A stretch of DNA of 64,000 nucleotides from an uncultured virus (IMG/VR IMGVR_UViG_3300002092_000003) (IMGVR_UViG_3300002092_000003:1-64000), one strand, 5' to 3'. Shown: positions 36,036 to 47,522, numbered from the stretch's first letter. The notes: generated by a model not told the origin, from the sequence alone. Program-made: numbers and translations.

Positions 36036-38537
36036 TTATCCTACCTTCCAATCGTCTATATTAATCCATCCTGTAACGCCATCACAAGTGACCGCAAAAC
36101 TCATAGCACAATTATCAATCGCAGCTACTGTTGTTCCTTGAAGATATTGCCATTGTCCTGATGCCCCAGAAGTGGCAGTTGCCAAAATAGTATCTACCAA
36201 AATTCCACAAGCAGTGTCTTTTTTTACTATTAACGAGGGGAAGTTCCCTCCATACGCAGTTCCATCTCCAATTACCGACATTCTTACCCAAACCCCTATA
36301 GTTATTGTGTTTCCACTAGGTACGGGGACATATTTGATTGGACTTTCATATTTAAAGCCTAATCCATAGGAAGGTATTACTATTGCAGGTGTTAGACGAG
36401 TAGAGGGTGAGTTTAAATGGTATATTGTAGAATCTGCTATACCTGAGCCATATAAATCATAAGTTTTGTGATTACCTGAAATTTGTTGATGTCTAGCACT
36501 TCTAACAACTGAGCCTATTTGGGCAGTATTAACCATCGTCACACTGGAATTAAACTTACAATTTCTAAAAATAATATCGCAGTATTGTGTAGTTTGAATA
36601 TAAACATCAGATGCATTTAATGTTGAAACTGCACCAAATACGCAGTTATCAATTCTAAATCCTGTATAACTTGCTCCCGATGCAAAATGTAATCCTCGGG
36701 ATACCCCTAAGCTACCACTATCAATGGAAAGATTGCTAAAATTAATATTATAATTAATGGCATTACTAATATAAATATTTGCCCCTCCGGCAAAATTATT
36801 AAAAATATTACCATTATCAAAAGTAAAGTAATAAGCTCCAGTTATATATAAACCATAACTTAAATTATTCCAAATAACTAAATTAGAAATAATTGGATAT
36901 GCTGGATATGAAGATCCTGATATTCCAATTAACTGTACTCCTTGAAGTGTATTAGTGTGAGAATTAATATTAGATATGGAGCCGCTAAATGCTGTTGTAT
37001 TTCCATTAAGGTAAATACCCACTCCGGTAGAAGAAGAAGCATTAAGTCCATTGATATTTCCACTAAATTGTAATAGATTTATTAATGGAGTAGAAGCTGC
37101 TACATTCTTAATTGCTGTCCATCCAGTAATGTTAGTGTTAATAGATCCTAGCATCGCTCCCGCAAAAAGATGGTAGGTATTTATGTTATAAGAAACACAA
37201 TTAGTAATACTTATATTATCGGCATTGAAACTAGAATTAGATAGATATAAACCATAACTTCCAGTAACAACAAAATCATGAAGAGCACATCCATTCATTG
37301 TTAATGAACCACTTCCATTGCTAATATCGGAAGTAATTCCATGCTGAGTTGCTATGTTTCTACCTAGCCATTTCAATTCAGTATTATAAATAGAGATAAT
37401 GGAGTAGTCTTCTCCATATATATAACCTTGAGTTGCCGTACTAGTTCCGTTAATTAGTATATTTCTCGTTAAATTAATTACTTCTCCTTGTGTCGGAGAA
37501 GTTCCAGAATGCGCAAATGCAGAAGTAGTTGTGATGTTTACAGTAGAAGTTGTAACTGTTCCAGTAATAACTTTAGATTCAGACTGTGCTACAGTTGTTC
37601 CAGTTGCGGCAATAGCTATATTATCTCCTGCTTTCCAATTTGTGGGGGTAGAATTTAAAACTAAAAATGATTGAGAAACCGGCATATCATTAGCCAAGAA
37701 TGTCATATTGGTTTTAGCTAATCCATAAGTCTTAAATGTTCCACCTCCATGGGCAATTAAACCTCCAGAAGACGTGGCTAGAAGTAAATTTGCAGTTCCT
37801 GTACTAGGTATAGGAGATATAGAGGTTCCTATTATTAATGATCCTCCATTATATATCGAAATTAATCCAGAACAAGCAAAATAATATGAAGTGCTTGCTG
37901 TATTAGCATATTGTAAAATTCCCTTAGTTGAAATGTCAATTTGAGTATATTGATTTGGCGTAGAATTGGTAAGATTCATGGTAACATTAAATGAATTAGA
38001 TGTTCCAGCTCCTGTATACTCTCCTTGAATATTTATAATATCGGCTGAAGTAGCGGGGGCTACTGACATAGAGCTAGATCTTAGAAAAGTTGCTAATCCT
38101 GTACCGCCGTTTGAATAAAATGATGCAGTTGCACCTACTGTTGCAATGCTTATTTTAATTTGATATATATCTGTTCCATTGGGAATAAAACTACCTGATG
38201 ATGGCTTTAGTACAAGCCATCCTAATGGCATTCCAACTGTAGTATTTATATCTGTCATATTAAGAGTAACTACCATCGCATTACTTGCAGTTGTGGTATT
38301 ATATAGAGTGAATGTAATAGTTCCTGTTCCTGATGCACTTGCTAATTTAACTGCAAAGGCTGTTACGGCTCCTACTGCGAAATTAGTCGGAGTAATATTA
38401 GCTGAAGTAAAGGGAGTGCCTCCTACTACGGCTGTAGTAGAGCTGGTAATATTTGAATAAGTTGAATCGTTATATATAAGCCCCCATGTTGAAGCTGTAT
38501 TTATATTTCCACTAGCAACTGGAGCATAAATTGCCAT
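36036..38537 (-). CDS. tailspike-like parallel beta-helix protein
   Basis: N/I/G-rich repeats (GLYLS, GIYLN, GLYIT); G8-like NWKAGDNIAIA...EVINLTRNI. Confidence 0.7.
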   Translation of the reverse strand: MAIYAPVASGNINTASTWGLIYNDSTYSNITSSTTAVVGGTPFTSANITPTNFAVGAVTAFAVKLASASGTGTITFTLYNTTTASNAMVVTLNMTDINTTVGMPLGWLVLKPSSGSFIPNGTDIYQIKISIATVGATASFYSNGGTGLATFLRSSSMSVAPATSADIINIQGEYTGAGTSNSFNVTMNLTNSTPNQYTQIDISTKGILQYANTASTSYYFACSGLISIYNGGSLIIGTSISPIPSTGTANLLLATSSGGLIAHGGGTFKTYGLAKTNMTFLANDMPVSQSFLVLNSTPTNWKAGDNIAIAATGTTVAQSESKVITGTVTTSTVNITTTSAFAHSGTSPTQGEVINLTRNILINGTSTATQGYIYGEDYSIISIYNTELKWLGRNIATQHGITSDISNGSGSLTMNGCALHDFVVTGSYGLYLSNSSFNADNISITNCVSYNINTYHLFAGAMLGSINTNITGWTAIKNVAASTPLINLLQFSGNINGLNASSSTGVGIYLNGNTTAFSGSISNINSHTNTLQGVQLIGISGSSYPAYPIISNLVIWNNLSYGLYITGAYYFTFDNGNIFNNFAGGANIYISNAINYNINFSNLSIDSGSLGVSRGLHFASGASYTGFRIDNCVFGAVSTLNASDVYIQTTQYCDIIFRNCKFNSSVTMVNTAQIGSVVRSARHQQISGNHKTYDLYGSGIADSTIYHLNSPSTRLTPAIVIPSYGLGFKYESPIKYVPVPSGNTITIGVWVRMSVIGDGTAYGGNFPSLIVKKDTACGILVDTILATATSGASGQWQYLQGTTVAAIDNCAMSFAVTCDGVTGWINIDDWKVG

Positions 38538-38810
38538 TTAAGACTCCTTGTCTATAGTTACTTCTGTTAATAGATCTGGATTTAAATATGTTGGATCTAA
38601 ATTTGGATCGATGTTTGGAATAATAATAGGTGATATATTATTAATTATTACTTGATTGGCAGCTATAAGTAGTTCGTCTTCATTAACATTTTCGGAAAAT
38701 ACTATATCTAATCTTATTGATGGGAATATACCACTATTATCACTTAATATTAAACTATAAGAAGTTTGTCCATATTGTGTGATAGGATTTATAAAATGAG
38801 CTTGATACAT
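38538..38810 (-). CDS. hypothetical tail-associated protein
   Basis: MYQAHF...; between fibre and spike genes. Confidence 0.55.
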   Translation of the reverse strand: MYQAHFINPITQYGQTSYSLILSDNSGIFPSIRLDIVFSENVNEDELLIAANQVIINNISPIIIPNIDPNLDPTYLNPDLLTEVTIDKES

Positions 38811-39826
38811 TAAAATCCTCTCATGAATGCTACTACATTCCATGTGCTAGAAGTACCACTATAGATAGCGCCAATATAGTCTACTGATCCCGCTGATGTC
38901 GAAAGTGCGATAAACGTCAAATCAGTGCCAAATTTCCAAGCTGTACCAAAAGAAATAGTTCTATTCCCCGTACCGTCTTGTTTCAATAGCCAAGAACATT
39001 TTTGTCCGTTAGTTGGATTAGTTGGATTAGCGAGAGTTCTATTTCCCCCTAATGTTACCGTAAATGTATTAGCTAAACTTGCATCTGTTGTAATGTTTAC
39101 TGCATCTGTTAATGCAAAACTAGAAAATACTTTTGCTCCAGAAATATTTTGAGCTGTTGTTAGATCAACAAAATTCTTAGTTGCCGATCCAGTTCCTCCA
39201 TTTACTAAAGGAAGAATTCCAGTTATTTTAGTTGTTAAGTCGATAGATCCTGCTAGCATGGCATTAGTTACTCTAGTAGCTCCTATAACAGCTACTCCAG
39301 TATTTGATATAGTAATATCTCCAGATACTGCGGTGGAGGTTGGTACATTTCCTGCATTACCTAATAATATATTAGCAGAAGATAAGTTTTCCAACTTATT
39401 AAAGGCTATGGCTGCGGCTGAATTAACCATAGTATTGGTAATAACATTGTTCGCAATTGACGCGGTTGAAGATCCCGGTCCACTAGCAGTAACATCTCCA
39501 GTTAAGGCAGTAATATAATTGCCTACATTCTGTTTTAATGTTAATTTTGTATCTGTGTCATCCCTAACTTCTACAATTGCAGTTTGTACATCGGTAGAAG
39601 AAATATCACCATTCGGGATAATAGAAATAGCAGAAGCATTATGTGCATCTGTAGTATTTGCAATATGAGTATCTATATCACCACTAACTTCGGCTATAGC
39701 ATCTTGTACATTAGTTGCACTAATAGATCCCGTTGGAACAAACGTAATATCAGATGCAGCTCCAGTAGAAGAACCGCCATCTATTAAATCAAATTGTGAA
39801 GTTATTGGATTAAATTTATATTTCAT
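38810..39826 (-). CDS. tail fibre protein
   Basis: ALTGDVT repeats; C-terminal FTVTLGGNRTLANPTN...QDGTGNRT module. Confidence 0.8.
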   Translation of the reverse strand: MKYKFNPITSQFDLIDGGSSTGAASDITFVPTGSISATNVQDAIAEVSGDIDTHIANTTDAHNASAISIIPNGDISSTDVQTAIVEVRDDTDTKLTLKQNVGNYITALTGDVTASGPGSSTASIANNVITNTMVNSAAAIAFNKLENLSSANILLGNAGNVPTSTAVSGDITISNTGVAVIGATRVTNAMLAGSIDLTTKITGILPLVNGGTGSATKNFVDLTTAQNISGAKVFSSFALTDAVNITTDASLANTFTVTLGGNRTLANPTNPTNGQKCSWLLKQDGTGNRTISFGTAWKFGTDLTFIALSTSAGSVDYIGAIYSGTSSTWNVVAFMRGF

Positions 39827-40809
39827 AATCTTTCTATAGAAACAACATCTGAATTTGCGTTATAAGTAAGTATTAAGCTTGCGACGAGTTCTCGGTTTGT
39901 ACCTTTTGTATCCATTGTGATAGTTGGCATAAAGCAGGTAACATCTTGAATTCGTGTAGTTATGCCTATTAATTTATTCGTAATAGTCACACTGTCGTCA
40001 CTTATATTTGTTAAAAAAAAGGTATTCAACGCTGAGGCTGTAGCGGCGGCAACTTGCACAGCTGTTGCTCCTAAAGCTATGGCAACTGGTATGGCTGTTT
40101 TACCCGCTATAAGAGGATCTGTTCCGCCACTAGCAACATTGTACCATACATAATATTGTACTGCATCTAAAGCACTGTTAATAAAGAAGTATGTGTTATT
40201 TAATGGATTAGCGTTTACGCCGGGAACATTTCTAAGGTATAGATTTGTATTCTTGTCATAGCTATCAGCTCTAACTCCTACTGTAGAATTTGAGATTACT
40301 GCAAATGCTTGATTTCCTATTGCAAAGAATTTAGCATCAGCTTCTATTGCCGCAATTAGTTTATTAGCAATTGCTACTTCAGAATCTGTTCCCAAGAGAG
40401 CTACTATGATAAATCGATAAACTCCGCTATCTATTGGTGTCGAATTGGCTCCGTCTGTATTAAAGAATACTCCTACCGGACCTACATCATCGTAAATTAC
40501 TAAATAAGTTCCAGCTAAATTCTGTGGAGTGCGATTGTAGAAGGATAATGACGTTTTGTGTGCAGTTCCTCTTTCATCGTTGCGAAATGTTATGGTTTGT
40601 TGCTGATAACTACCGTTGGAATAGTATTTTGCTGTTTCTATTTCTCCAATGCCATTACCAGAAGATACATAAGTGAGATCTACTTTAGAAAAGCGAACAG
40701 GTACTAATGTATTTACAGGGATAACATCTATTGCATGATTCTCTTCATTGTGAGCGTCACGCAATACATTAGGTGCGTCGTATAAGCTTAATCCATTTTG
40801 TTTACTCAT
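39823..40809 (-). CDS. virion structural protein
   Basis: internally duplicated module also present in 31020..34454. Confidence 0.65.
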   Translation of the reverse strand: MSKQNGLSLYDAPNVLRDAHNEENHAIDVIPVNTLVPVRFSKVDLTYVSSGNGIGEIETAKYYSNGSYQQQTITFRNDERGTAHKTSLSFYNRTPQNLAGTYLVIYDDVGPVGVFFNTDGANSTPIDSGVYRFIIVALLGTDSEVAIANKLIAAIEADAKFFAIGNQAFAVISNSTVGVRADSYDKNTNLYLRNVPGVNANPLNNTYFFINSALDAVQYYVWYNVASGGTDPLIAGKTAIPVAIALGATAVQVAAATASALNTFFLTNISDDSVTITNKLIGITTRIQDVTCFMPTITMDTKGTNRELVASLILTYNANSDVVSIERL

Positions 40810-43358
40810 TAAACACCTACGTTTCTAGATCTAAATTTAATCGTGTTAGATACAAAACCTGCAGAATTCAAACTCGTATATTGGATTTGCCCTGCAGATG
40901 TAATCGAAAATACTACTCCACTATTATCGCCTAATCCTTCTATTGATATATCGAAGCTTCCATTTTTCTGTATTCCTAGTATATGGAATGTTTCGTATTT
41001 ATTTGTGGTAGCAATTATTGTTACAGATACTTCTGCATCAAATGCTCTAGTAACTCCGCTTGCAAAAGCAAATCCTGTTACATTAGCTACTGCGGATTGA
41101 TTATTTGCGGCAGAAAATGATGTAGGTACAATGTCTCCAGCAACTACATTAGCTTTTCCATTAAAGGTATTCCAATCGGTAGATGTTAAATATCCAGCTA
41201 AAGAGGGGCTAGCAGCTTGTGTAGCTATTATTGCTTGCGCTGCCGTTAAATGGTATCTTTCTGTAGAAGTACCGCCTTGCAAGCCCGCCAAATCATTATG
41301 TGAGCCAACTAAAGTAGTTACCATGTGTGAGTATGTTGCCGTTCCATTTATAAAAAATTGTAAGGTTCTATTAGCACTCGCAATACCGTAAACTCTTAAT
41401 CCTATTTTATCAGAAGGAAGTACTGTAAACGAAGGCTGTACTACTTTAGTTTCAATTAATACAGTAGCAGTGCTGCTTATATTAACGCTCTGTGTTCCAA
41501 AAAGTAAGCTGTGTTTTGTACAAGCTACTGCAGTTTCATTAGTATATCCTGAAAGTGTTGCAATTGTTACTGAAGTTCCGCTTGTAAAAGCTGTAATTTG
41601 AAAAGTTCCAATGTTAGTTTGCACATAAGAGGCTAATCGTTGATTGGCATTTGCATCTCCAGATACGAAAATAGAACTACTTGCTGTACAAGTTCGAGAA
41701 GTTCCCGTGCCTGTTACTGTTATTGTTGCAGTTTGTGCAATTATTCTATGTACATCAAATCCTAATTGAGAAGTTCCGCTTGCGTTATTTGTATTGCAAT
41801 AGAAATGAAATTCCCAAGATCCTCCGGGCAAAACTATATTATCTACAGTTTTATCATAAATATACCCTTTTCCGAATACTGTTGTACCAGCAGGAACTAC
41901 TATGCTATTTGTAGTCGTTGTTCCAATAGCTGGATTTATTAATAATCCACCATATGTATCAATTACAGTTGTATCATCTGGATAAAATACTACCCCTGCG
42001 CCAACTCCTGTAGAAGTAATAGGAGAATTTACCCATTCAATTCCATTATAAGTAAGTCTGTCGTTAACTGCTGGAGATGCTATAGTTACATCAGATAGTG
42101 CATCTAATACAGTAGGAATATTTGCATCTAATTTTTCAATAGAAGAGATTATACTATCAGCAGAGGTTATTGTTCCCGTAGAAGGGGTATATCCTGTAAG
42201 TGTTTTTGCTATTACTGCATCATTTGCAAGTGTAGGAACATCTGCAGATCCTGATAATTCTCCCGCTAGCTTAATAATACCTTTTGTTGCATTTGTTGCA
42301 TTAGGAGCTACTACTGCAGAAGCTGCTGCGTCTACATAAGCGGTAGTTGCTACTTGAGTAGAATTATTAGAAGGAGATGCTGTTGGTGCAGTAGGTGTTC
42401 CCGTTAAAGCTGGAGATGCTAAATTAGCTTTTAAATTTAAAGCTGTTTGTTGTGCTGTAGATACTGGTTTATTAGCATCGCTTGTGTTATCTATGTTACC
42501 TAATCCTATATCGCCCTTTACAAGCGTCACAGCCCCGGTATAGCCATTTACGCTAGATACCGCATCTGTCATATTCCATTTTTCATAACGTGCTATAGCG
42601 CCGTTATAAACGCATTTATCGCCTGCAGTAAATACTATAGCTCCGTTTCCGAAGTTTACAGATCCATTAGCAGTGACTTGATATACATCTCCGTTATTAC
42701 CAGTACCATCTGTTAAAGTAGGAGTATTTGTTGCAGCACTCCATAATCCTTTGTATTCCATTGGATCAGGAAGATTTGCTATTGCAGTTTCTAGTGCTTG
42801 TATCGCAACTTTATTTGTTGAATTATCAGGAATTATTACTCCTGTAAATGTACCTAAATTTGTAGCTAATGGCGCTACGCCAGAGAGAGTTTGTAATTGG
42901 GATACTCCTGCAGCAGATGCTACAGAAAGATCGATAACGCCGGTACTTGTGTTTGAGCTATAGCTTATAGAGTTATCTACTGAGGTTAGGGATATAGTAT
43001 CTAATCCTGTTAGCAATGTTCCGTTTACATCTATAGAGGAAATACCAGTGCTAGATTGGGCAATTCCCGATGCAAGTAAGTGTACATTTAATCCAGTAGT
43101 AGCATAAGCATCACAAGTTACTAAAATAAAATCGAACTCTGCTACTGTTAGGTTCTTAATTGCATTGCCAACTAGGGTATCAATTAAATTCCAATTAGAT
43201 TGCCCTTTAATTCTTCCATATACCGAGAATGTATTCCCAGAGTTAGCATTTTCAATTACAAATCGTACACGTATTTCAGCACTTGTGCGATATTCACCTA
43301 TAACTCCGGTTTGCGAAACTAAGGTGTCTATTCCGAAAATATCAGTATTATTAGCCAT
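40809..43358 (-). CDS. tail fibre protein
   Basis: YKGLWSAATNTP, VSSVNGYTGAV, GLGNIDNTSD, KANLASPALTGTPTAPT...QVATTAYV fibre motifs. Confidence 0.85.
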   Translation of the reverse strand: MANNTDIFGIDTLVSQTGVIGEYRTSAEIRVRFVIENANSGNTFSVYGRIKGQSNWNLIDTLVGNAIKNLTVAEFDFILVTCDAYATTGLNVHLLASGIAQSSTGISSIDVNGTLLTGLDTISLTSVDNSISYSSNTSTGVIDLSVASAAGVSQLQTLSGVAPLATNLGTFTGVIIPDNSTNKVAIQALETAIANLPDPMEYKGLWSAATNTPTLTDGTGNNGDVYQVTANGSVNFGNGAIVFTAGDKCVYNGAIARYEKWNMTDAVSSVNGYTGAVTLVKGDIGLGNIDNTSDANKPVSTAQQTALNLKANLASPALTGTPTAPTASPSNNSTQVATTAYVDAAASAVVAPNATNATKGIIKLAGELSGSADVPTLANDAVIAKTLTGYTPSTGTITSADSIISSIEKLDANIPTVLDALSDVTIASPAVNDRLTYNGIEWVNSPITSTGVGAGVVFYPDDTTVIDTYGGLLINPAIGTTTTNSIVVPAGTTVFGKGYIYDKTVDNIVLPGGSWEFHFYCNTNNASGTSQLGFDVHRIIAQTATITVTGTGTSRTCTASSSIFVSGDANANQRLASYVQTNIGTFQITAFTSGTSVTIATLSGYTNETAVACTKHSLLFGTQSVNISSTATVLIETKVVQPSFTVLPSDKIGLRVYGIASANRTLQFFINGTATYSHMVTTLVGSHNDLAGLQGGTSTERYHLTAAQAIIATQAASPSLAGYLTSTDWNTFNGKANVVAGDIVPTSFSAANNQSAVANVTGFAFASGVTRAFDAEVSVTIIATTNKYETFHILGIQKNGSFDISIEGLGDNSGVVFSITSAGQIQYTSLNSAGFVSNTIKFRSRNVGV

Positions 43359-43370
43359 TTATTTTAGCCC

Positions 43371-43787
43371 TTATGCAATGCGTCTTTTTATTTTATATAC
43401 TAACACTTCGTTTTTATTAGCAATTTCACCAATGAGCTGCTCTGTACCGCGAGATACAGCTTTTGTATCTATTAGCTTTTGTATTTCGTCATTAATGTAT
43501 AGAATTTGCGACAATAAGGCTTCATAATATGCTTTGTTCTCAGGAGCTAGCTTTGGCATAGCTTTTACTTTAGCCGATACTTGCATTAAGATACTGTCGA
43601 GATCTATTACTTGTATTCCGTCTTTACCGATGATTCTTTCGATAACATCATCATAGTCAGATTCTGCTGCATTGTAAACTTCAGCAAAAAACTCATGATC
43701 TTGGTGAAATGCTATCTTGCCGCAAACATTGTGATAATGATGTGAGATAATTTGAAGAGCGCGTAGGCATATTGCTAAATTTAACAT
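43371..43787 (-). CDS. Dps/ferritin-like four-helix protein
   Basis: HHYHN...FHQDHEFFAEVY...DDVIERI matches the Dps ferroxidase-centre pattern. Confidence 0.7.
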   Translation of the reverse strand: MLNLAICLRALQIISHHYHNVCGKIAFHQDHEFFAEVYNAAESDYDDVIERIIGKDGIQVIDLDSILMQVSAKVKAMPKLAPENKAYYEALLSQILYINDEIQKLIDTKAVSRGTEQLIGEIANKNEVLVYKIKRRIA

Positions 43788-43812
43788 ATTTATTCCCTGC
43801 AAGTATTCTTGT

Positions 43813-44418
43813 CTATTGTAATTTAAGTCGTGCGGCAGCTCTAGCTGCTATTATATCTGCAGATACTTGAACTCCCAATTCCATTGCCTTTATAACATGA
43901 AAATCAGTGTCTTGTAATAGCTTGTGTGCTGCTGCTTTGTCTGCCAAAGAAGTAATCTTCGCCATTGCAGCATCATAACATGCGGATAAAATATCAGCAT
44001 TCGGCTGTGCAATATTCTTGTAGCCGAAGCGTACAATCTTGCCATCACAAATATTTAAGCTATCGTTTTCATTATCAATTAGCGATTGCTTATCAGATAA
44101 ATATTCTCCGATTGCGATTGCAAGGTCAGGAATACTAGAAAACTTTAATGCTTCTAAGTCTGGCATAGCTTCGTAGTATGTTTCTTCTACTTGCACAGTC
44201 TCGTCGTAAGCTGCTACGCCTGCAGTTAGTATTGCTTCTTTATTAAGCTTGTATACGCCGTCTACTTGCTCCATGCGTTCGCATAGTACTTGCTCGATTG
44301 CTGGGTGATGGATGATTTGATCTACAAGCCGTGTTTTTGGTAATGCTGATAGTACTCCGTCTGTTAGGGAGTAGTCGATGTGCTCGATAAGAGGGAGTAA
44401 GAGATTTTGTATGTTCAT
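43813..44418 (-). CDS. tail fibre assembly/chaperone-like protein
   Basis: C-terminal LLQDTDFHVIKAME...RAAAR; directly after a fibre gene. Confidence 0.55.
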   Translation of the reverse strand: MNIQNLLLPLIEHIDYSLTDGVLSALPKTRLVDQIIHHPAIEQVLCERMEQVDGVYKLNKEAILTAGVAAYDETVQVEETYYEAMPDLEALKFSSIPDLAIAIGEYLSDKQSLIDNENDSLNICDGKIVRFGYKNIAQPNADILSACYDAAMAKITSLADKAAAHKLLQDTDFHVIKAMELGVQVSADIIAARAAARLKLQ

Positions 44419-44443
44419 ATATTTCCTTGCAGCCTACTGGATG

Positions 44444-47400
44444 CTATTTAATTTTAAGTATTTCTAATTGCGCATATACTTCATTTACTGAAAAACTTGC
44501 AGCAATCCCATATCCTGTAGTATTTACTGAAGTTTGAACTTGCGATTGTAGTTCAAAAGTCTTAGCTGAAGTTATTATGATTTCTCCAGATAATAGACTT
44601 GAAAATTGCATCCCTCCGACAGTATTTAATGTTTTTATATTAGATCCTATAATGGTATCAGTTGAGTCTGTTATATTTCTAATTTTAGTTTTAGAATTAT
44701 CAGTTTGTTCGAAAACCGCATGACCTTTTAAACTATAAGTTCCCGCAGATAATATAAATTGGTTACTAGATAGAGAGGTAACTATTCCTGTAGTATCTGT
44801 TAAAGTATTCAACGTGCGAGTTTGCCAAGATCCTGAAGTTGCAGATCCTCCTGCTGTACCGCTAGCTACAGAATGACTCAAATAAGCAATTCTCGGCGCT
44901 AGATTCGGCAGAGCTGAAAGCGACGGAGAACGCGAAGCGTTGAATACGAAGTATCCAGATGCTGAAGCATTTCCTGCAATATCTACTGTCCTTCCTGTAT
45001 TTGATGCTGTTACCGCTACACCTGCTGTTATTACTAAAATTCCAGTTAATTCATTGTAGTAAACATCAGTTCCGCCTTCATTAACATTTGCTCCATATAC
45101 GACTCTATCATAAGTCAAAGGAGTAACTTTAGCAGCTGATGCATATAAATCTACTTGCTTACTCTTTAATCCTTTACCGATAAAAATATCAAATCTTGCA
45201 GGAGATGCGCTTGTGGAAGCAGCACTAAAGGCTCTAGAAAAAACTTGAATACCGTTCGTATTCATGCTAGTAGTTGTTTGAGTCGGGGCGCTGGTAGCTA
45301 TTGTGGCGGCGTTTCCTACAGAGGCAAATGTATAAGTATTAAAAGTACCGATAGCGTCTACTGTAGGATCTATTGCAGTACTTTTAAAAGCAAATGTCAG
45401 TGTGTCTGATGATACTTGCTGAAGAGGAGTTACTATTGCTGAAGATTCTGCTGTTGCTGTTAAAGTTAGATCTCCCATTCTTAGCACATCAGAAGATCCT
45501 CTTTGAATCCTGATTATATCTCCTATAGCTAATTGTACATTTGCTGACATTTCGCTACTATTATTAGCTCCCGATGATGTGGCATAAGTAAGTATTCCGT
45601 CAGGAGTAGTGGTAGTTAAAGTTGTTGCATTTCGAGTTATATACCCACTAAATCCAGATCCAGTAGGTGAGTAAAATCTACAGCTAATTTTTAGTTCACA
45701 ATTTTTTAATGCTTTAAAACTTGTTCCATTTACAGCATCGCTTAAAACTTGAATAACTCCGAGATTTGTATTCTTATTTAAAGAGAGAATTGAAACTCCC
45801 GTATTTGTTGATCCGTATTGGGTATTGTTACCTAACCCTTCAATAGCTTCTGTTACTGTTGTACTAATGCTGGAAACATCACTAATTCCAGTAGAAAGTT
45901 GGACATCATCGAAAGCTAATATTTTTCCGCTATTCAATACTTTTACTTGAAATCCTACTCTAATACTAGCACATGTAGATGGAATAATTACCCCAACTAT
46001 TGCAGAGCTTGTTGAGCCGTTTGTGCCGATGATAACATCTGTAGCTGCACTCAATATTGCGCTGTTGGTAACATCATATATCACAATAGCAATATCGCTA
46101 GTAGCTCCATTATACTGATATGGTAATGTAAGGAATGTTTGTTGTCCTCTAAAGCGTAAATCAACAGCTTGTGCAGGAGAAGAAACATAATCGTTTAACG
46201 ATCCCCCAGCTTGCGTTAATTTATAGCTAGCAGAGCCATGTAATGGCGTTGAGGTATCTTTTGCGAAAGTAGCAGCAAGAGATCCTCCGCCTAAGAATGT
46301 TGCGTTATTTCCGGTAGACCAATCTGTAATAGCCTCAGTACCTACTAATTGAAATACTGAAGAGAGAGATGAAGATCCTCCGCCTGAGCCGGAACCTCCA
46401 GTAATCTGCCATCTTGAGCTTGTGCTATCATATTGTAAGTATAGGGCTGCATTATTGGTAAAAGTAAGTGCGGTGTTTGTTCCTGTATATATTCTATTAG
46501 CTGCTGTACCTGTAGCTGCTGAAGAATCTATTACCTGAACGTCTACACCTGTTCTGTTTAGTATTGTTAGTTGTTGTCCATTAGCGCCTGCGGGAATGTT
46601 CGCAAGTGAGGTAAGGGAAGCATTGGTAAGTCTTATTGCTCCGCCTGTAAACGCTGTTAAAGAAGCGTTAGCTCCTGTAGTGGAGCTGTCAGTAGCAGCT
46701 TGTATTTCTAAATGTTTTGTGCTAGCAAGAGTAAGATTGTTTGTGCCTACAGTAATATCAGTCGCTTCTGACATTACGCCAGAACCGTTGTTAGCTAAAA
46801 GAGCAGAAGCTGTGCCGGAAGCAAGCTTAGTGCGAGCGATGGCAGCAGCGGCATCTATGTTAGCGTTAGCTATTGCGGTTATAGTATTTGCAGTAGCTAC
46901 TATTGTTTTATTTGTGAGGGTTACCGCTGCAGCATTTTTAGTTGCATCGCTAGTATTATCTACGTTACCTAAGCCTACGTCAGTAGCTGTTACTGTTACG
47001 TTAGCGGAAAGTGCGTGACCATTTACAGTAGTGGTTTTGTCTACTTTTAAGCCAAGTTTTGTATCAGTGTCGTCGCGTACTTCTTGAACTGCAGCTTGTA
47101 CGTTAGTAGAAGAGATATCGCCGTTAGGAACGAAGGCTATTTCAACTGCATCGTTTTGTAATGCAAGTCCGGTATCAACATAAGTCTTTACCGCAAGGGC
47201 GGAAGGTATTTGTGTATTTGATGCTGTAGCCAAGCTTGTACTGGTGTTAAGTACTCCACTTGCAAGCATTGATGTTGCTATATTACTGATAGTATTACTA
47301 GCTGCATCTATTGATTTATTTGTGAGTATTTGTACTTGGTCTGCAGTAACGAGTTCTCGTATTGCAGCTCCGATATATGCTTTTAGTTTAGCAGAAGTGC

Positions 47401-47497
47401 TGTTGTTAAAAATCGTACCTTCGTTGGTTGTGCTTAGGTCAGCCGTTTCTCCGCGAAGTTCGATTCCTTTAGAAAAATACCTAGGTGTAGTCGCCAT
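44444..47497 (-). CDS. tail fibre protein
   Basis: LTNKSID, GLGNVDNTSD; C-terminal GTAGGSATSGSWQTRTLN module. Confidence 0.85.
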   Translation of the reverse strand: MATTPRYFSKGIELRGETADLSTTNEGTIFNNSTSAKLKAYIGAAIRELVTADQVQILTNKSIDAASNTISNIATSMLASGVLNTSTSLATASNTQIPSALAVKTYVDTGLALQNDAVEIAFVPNGDISSTNVQAAVQEVRDDTDTKLGLKVDKTTTVNGHALSANVTVTATDVGLGNVDNTSDATKNAAAVTLTNKTIVATANTITAIANANIDAAAAIARTKLASGTASALLANNGSGVMSEATDITVGTNNLTLASTKHLEIQAATDSSTTGANASLTAFTGGAIRLTNASLTSLANIPAGANGQQLTILNRTGVDVQVIDSSAATGTAANRIYTGTNTALTFTNNAALYLQYDSTSSRWQITGGSGSGGGSSSLSSVFQLVGTEAITDWSTGNNATFLGGGSLAATFAKDTSTPLHGSASYKLTQAGGSLNDYVSSPAQAVDLRFRGQQTFLTLPYQYNGATSDIAIVIYDVTNSAILSAATDVIIGTNGSTSSAIVGVIIPSTCASIRVGFQVKVLNSGKILAFDDVQLSTGISDVSSISTTVTEAIEGLGNNTQYGSTNTGVSILSLNKNTNLGVIQVLSDAVNGTSFKALKNCELKISCRFYSPTGSGFSGYITRNATTLTTTTPDGILTYATSSGANNSSEMSANVQLAIGDIIRIQRGSSDVLRMGDLTLTATAESSAIVTPLQQVSSDTLTFAFKSTAIDPTVDAIGTFNTYTFASVGNAATIATSAPTQTTTSMNTNGIQVFSRAFSAASTSASPARFDIFIGKGLKSKQVDLYASAAKVTPLTYDRVVYGANVNEGGTDVYYNELTGILVITAGVAVTASNTGRTVDIAGNASASGYFVFNASRSPSLSALPNLAPRIAYLSHSVASGTAGGSATSGSWQTRTLNTLTDTTGIVTSLSSNQFILSAGTYSLKGHAVFEQTDNSKTKIRNITDSTDTIIGSNIKTLNTVGGMQFSSLLSGEIIITSAKTFELQSQVQTSVNTTGYGIAASFSVNEVYAQLEILKIK

Positions 47498-47522
47498 TAT
47501 TTATGTCCCTTTTATTAGTATA

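Noticed and set aside
40005..40014. Eighth TTAACAAATA copy
   Set aside because: It lies inside a coding region (FLTNI) and lacks the N4-TAG extension; probably chance.
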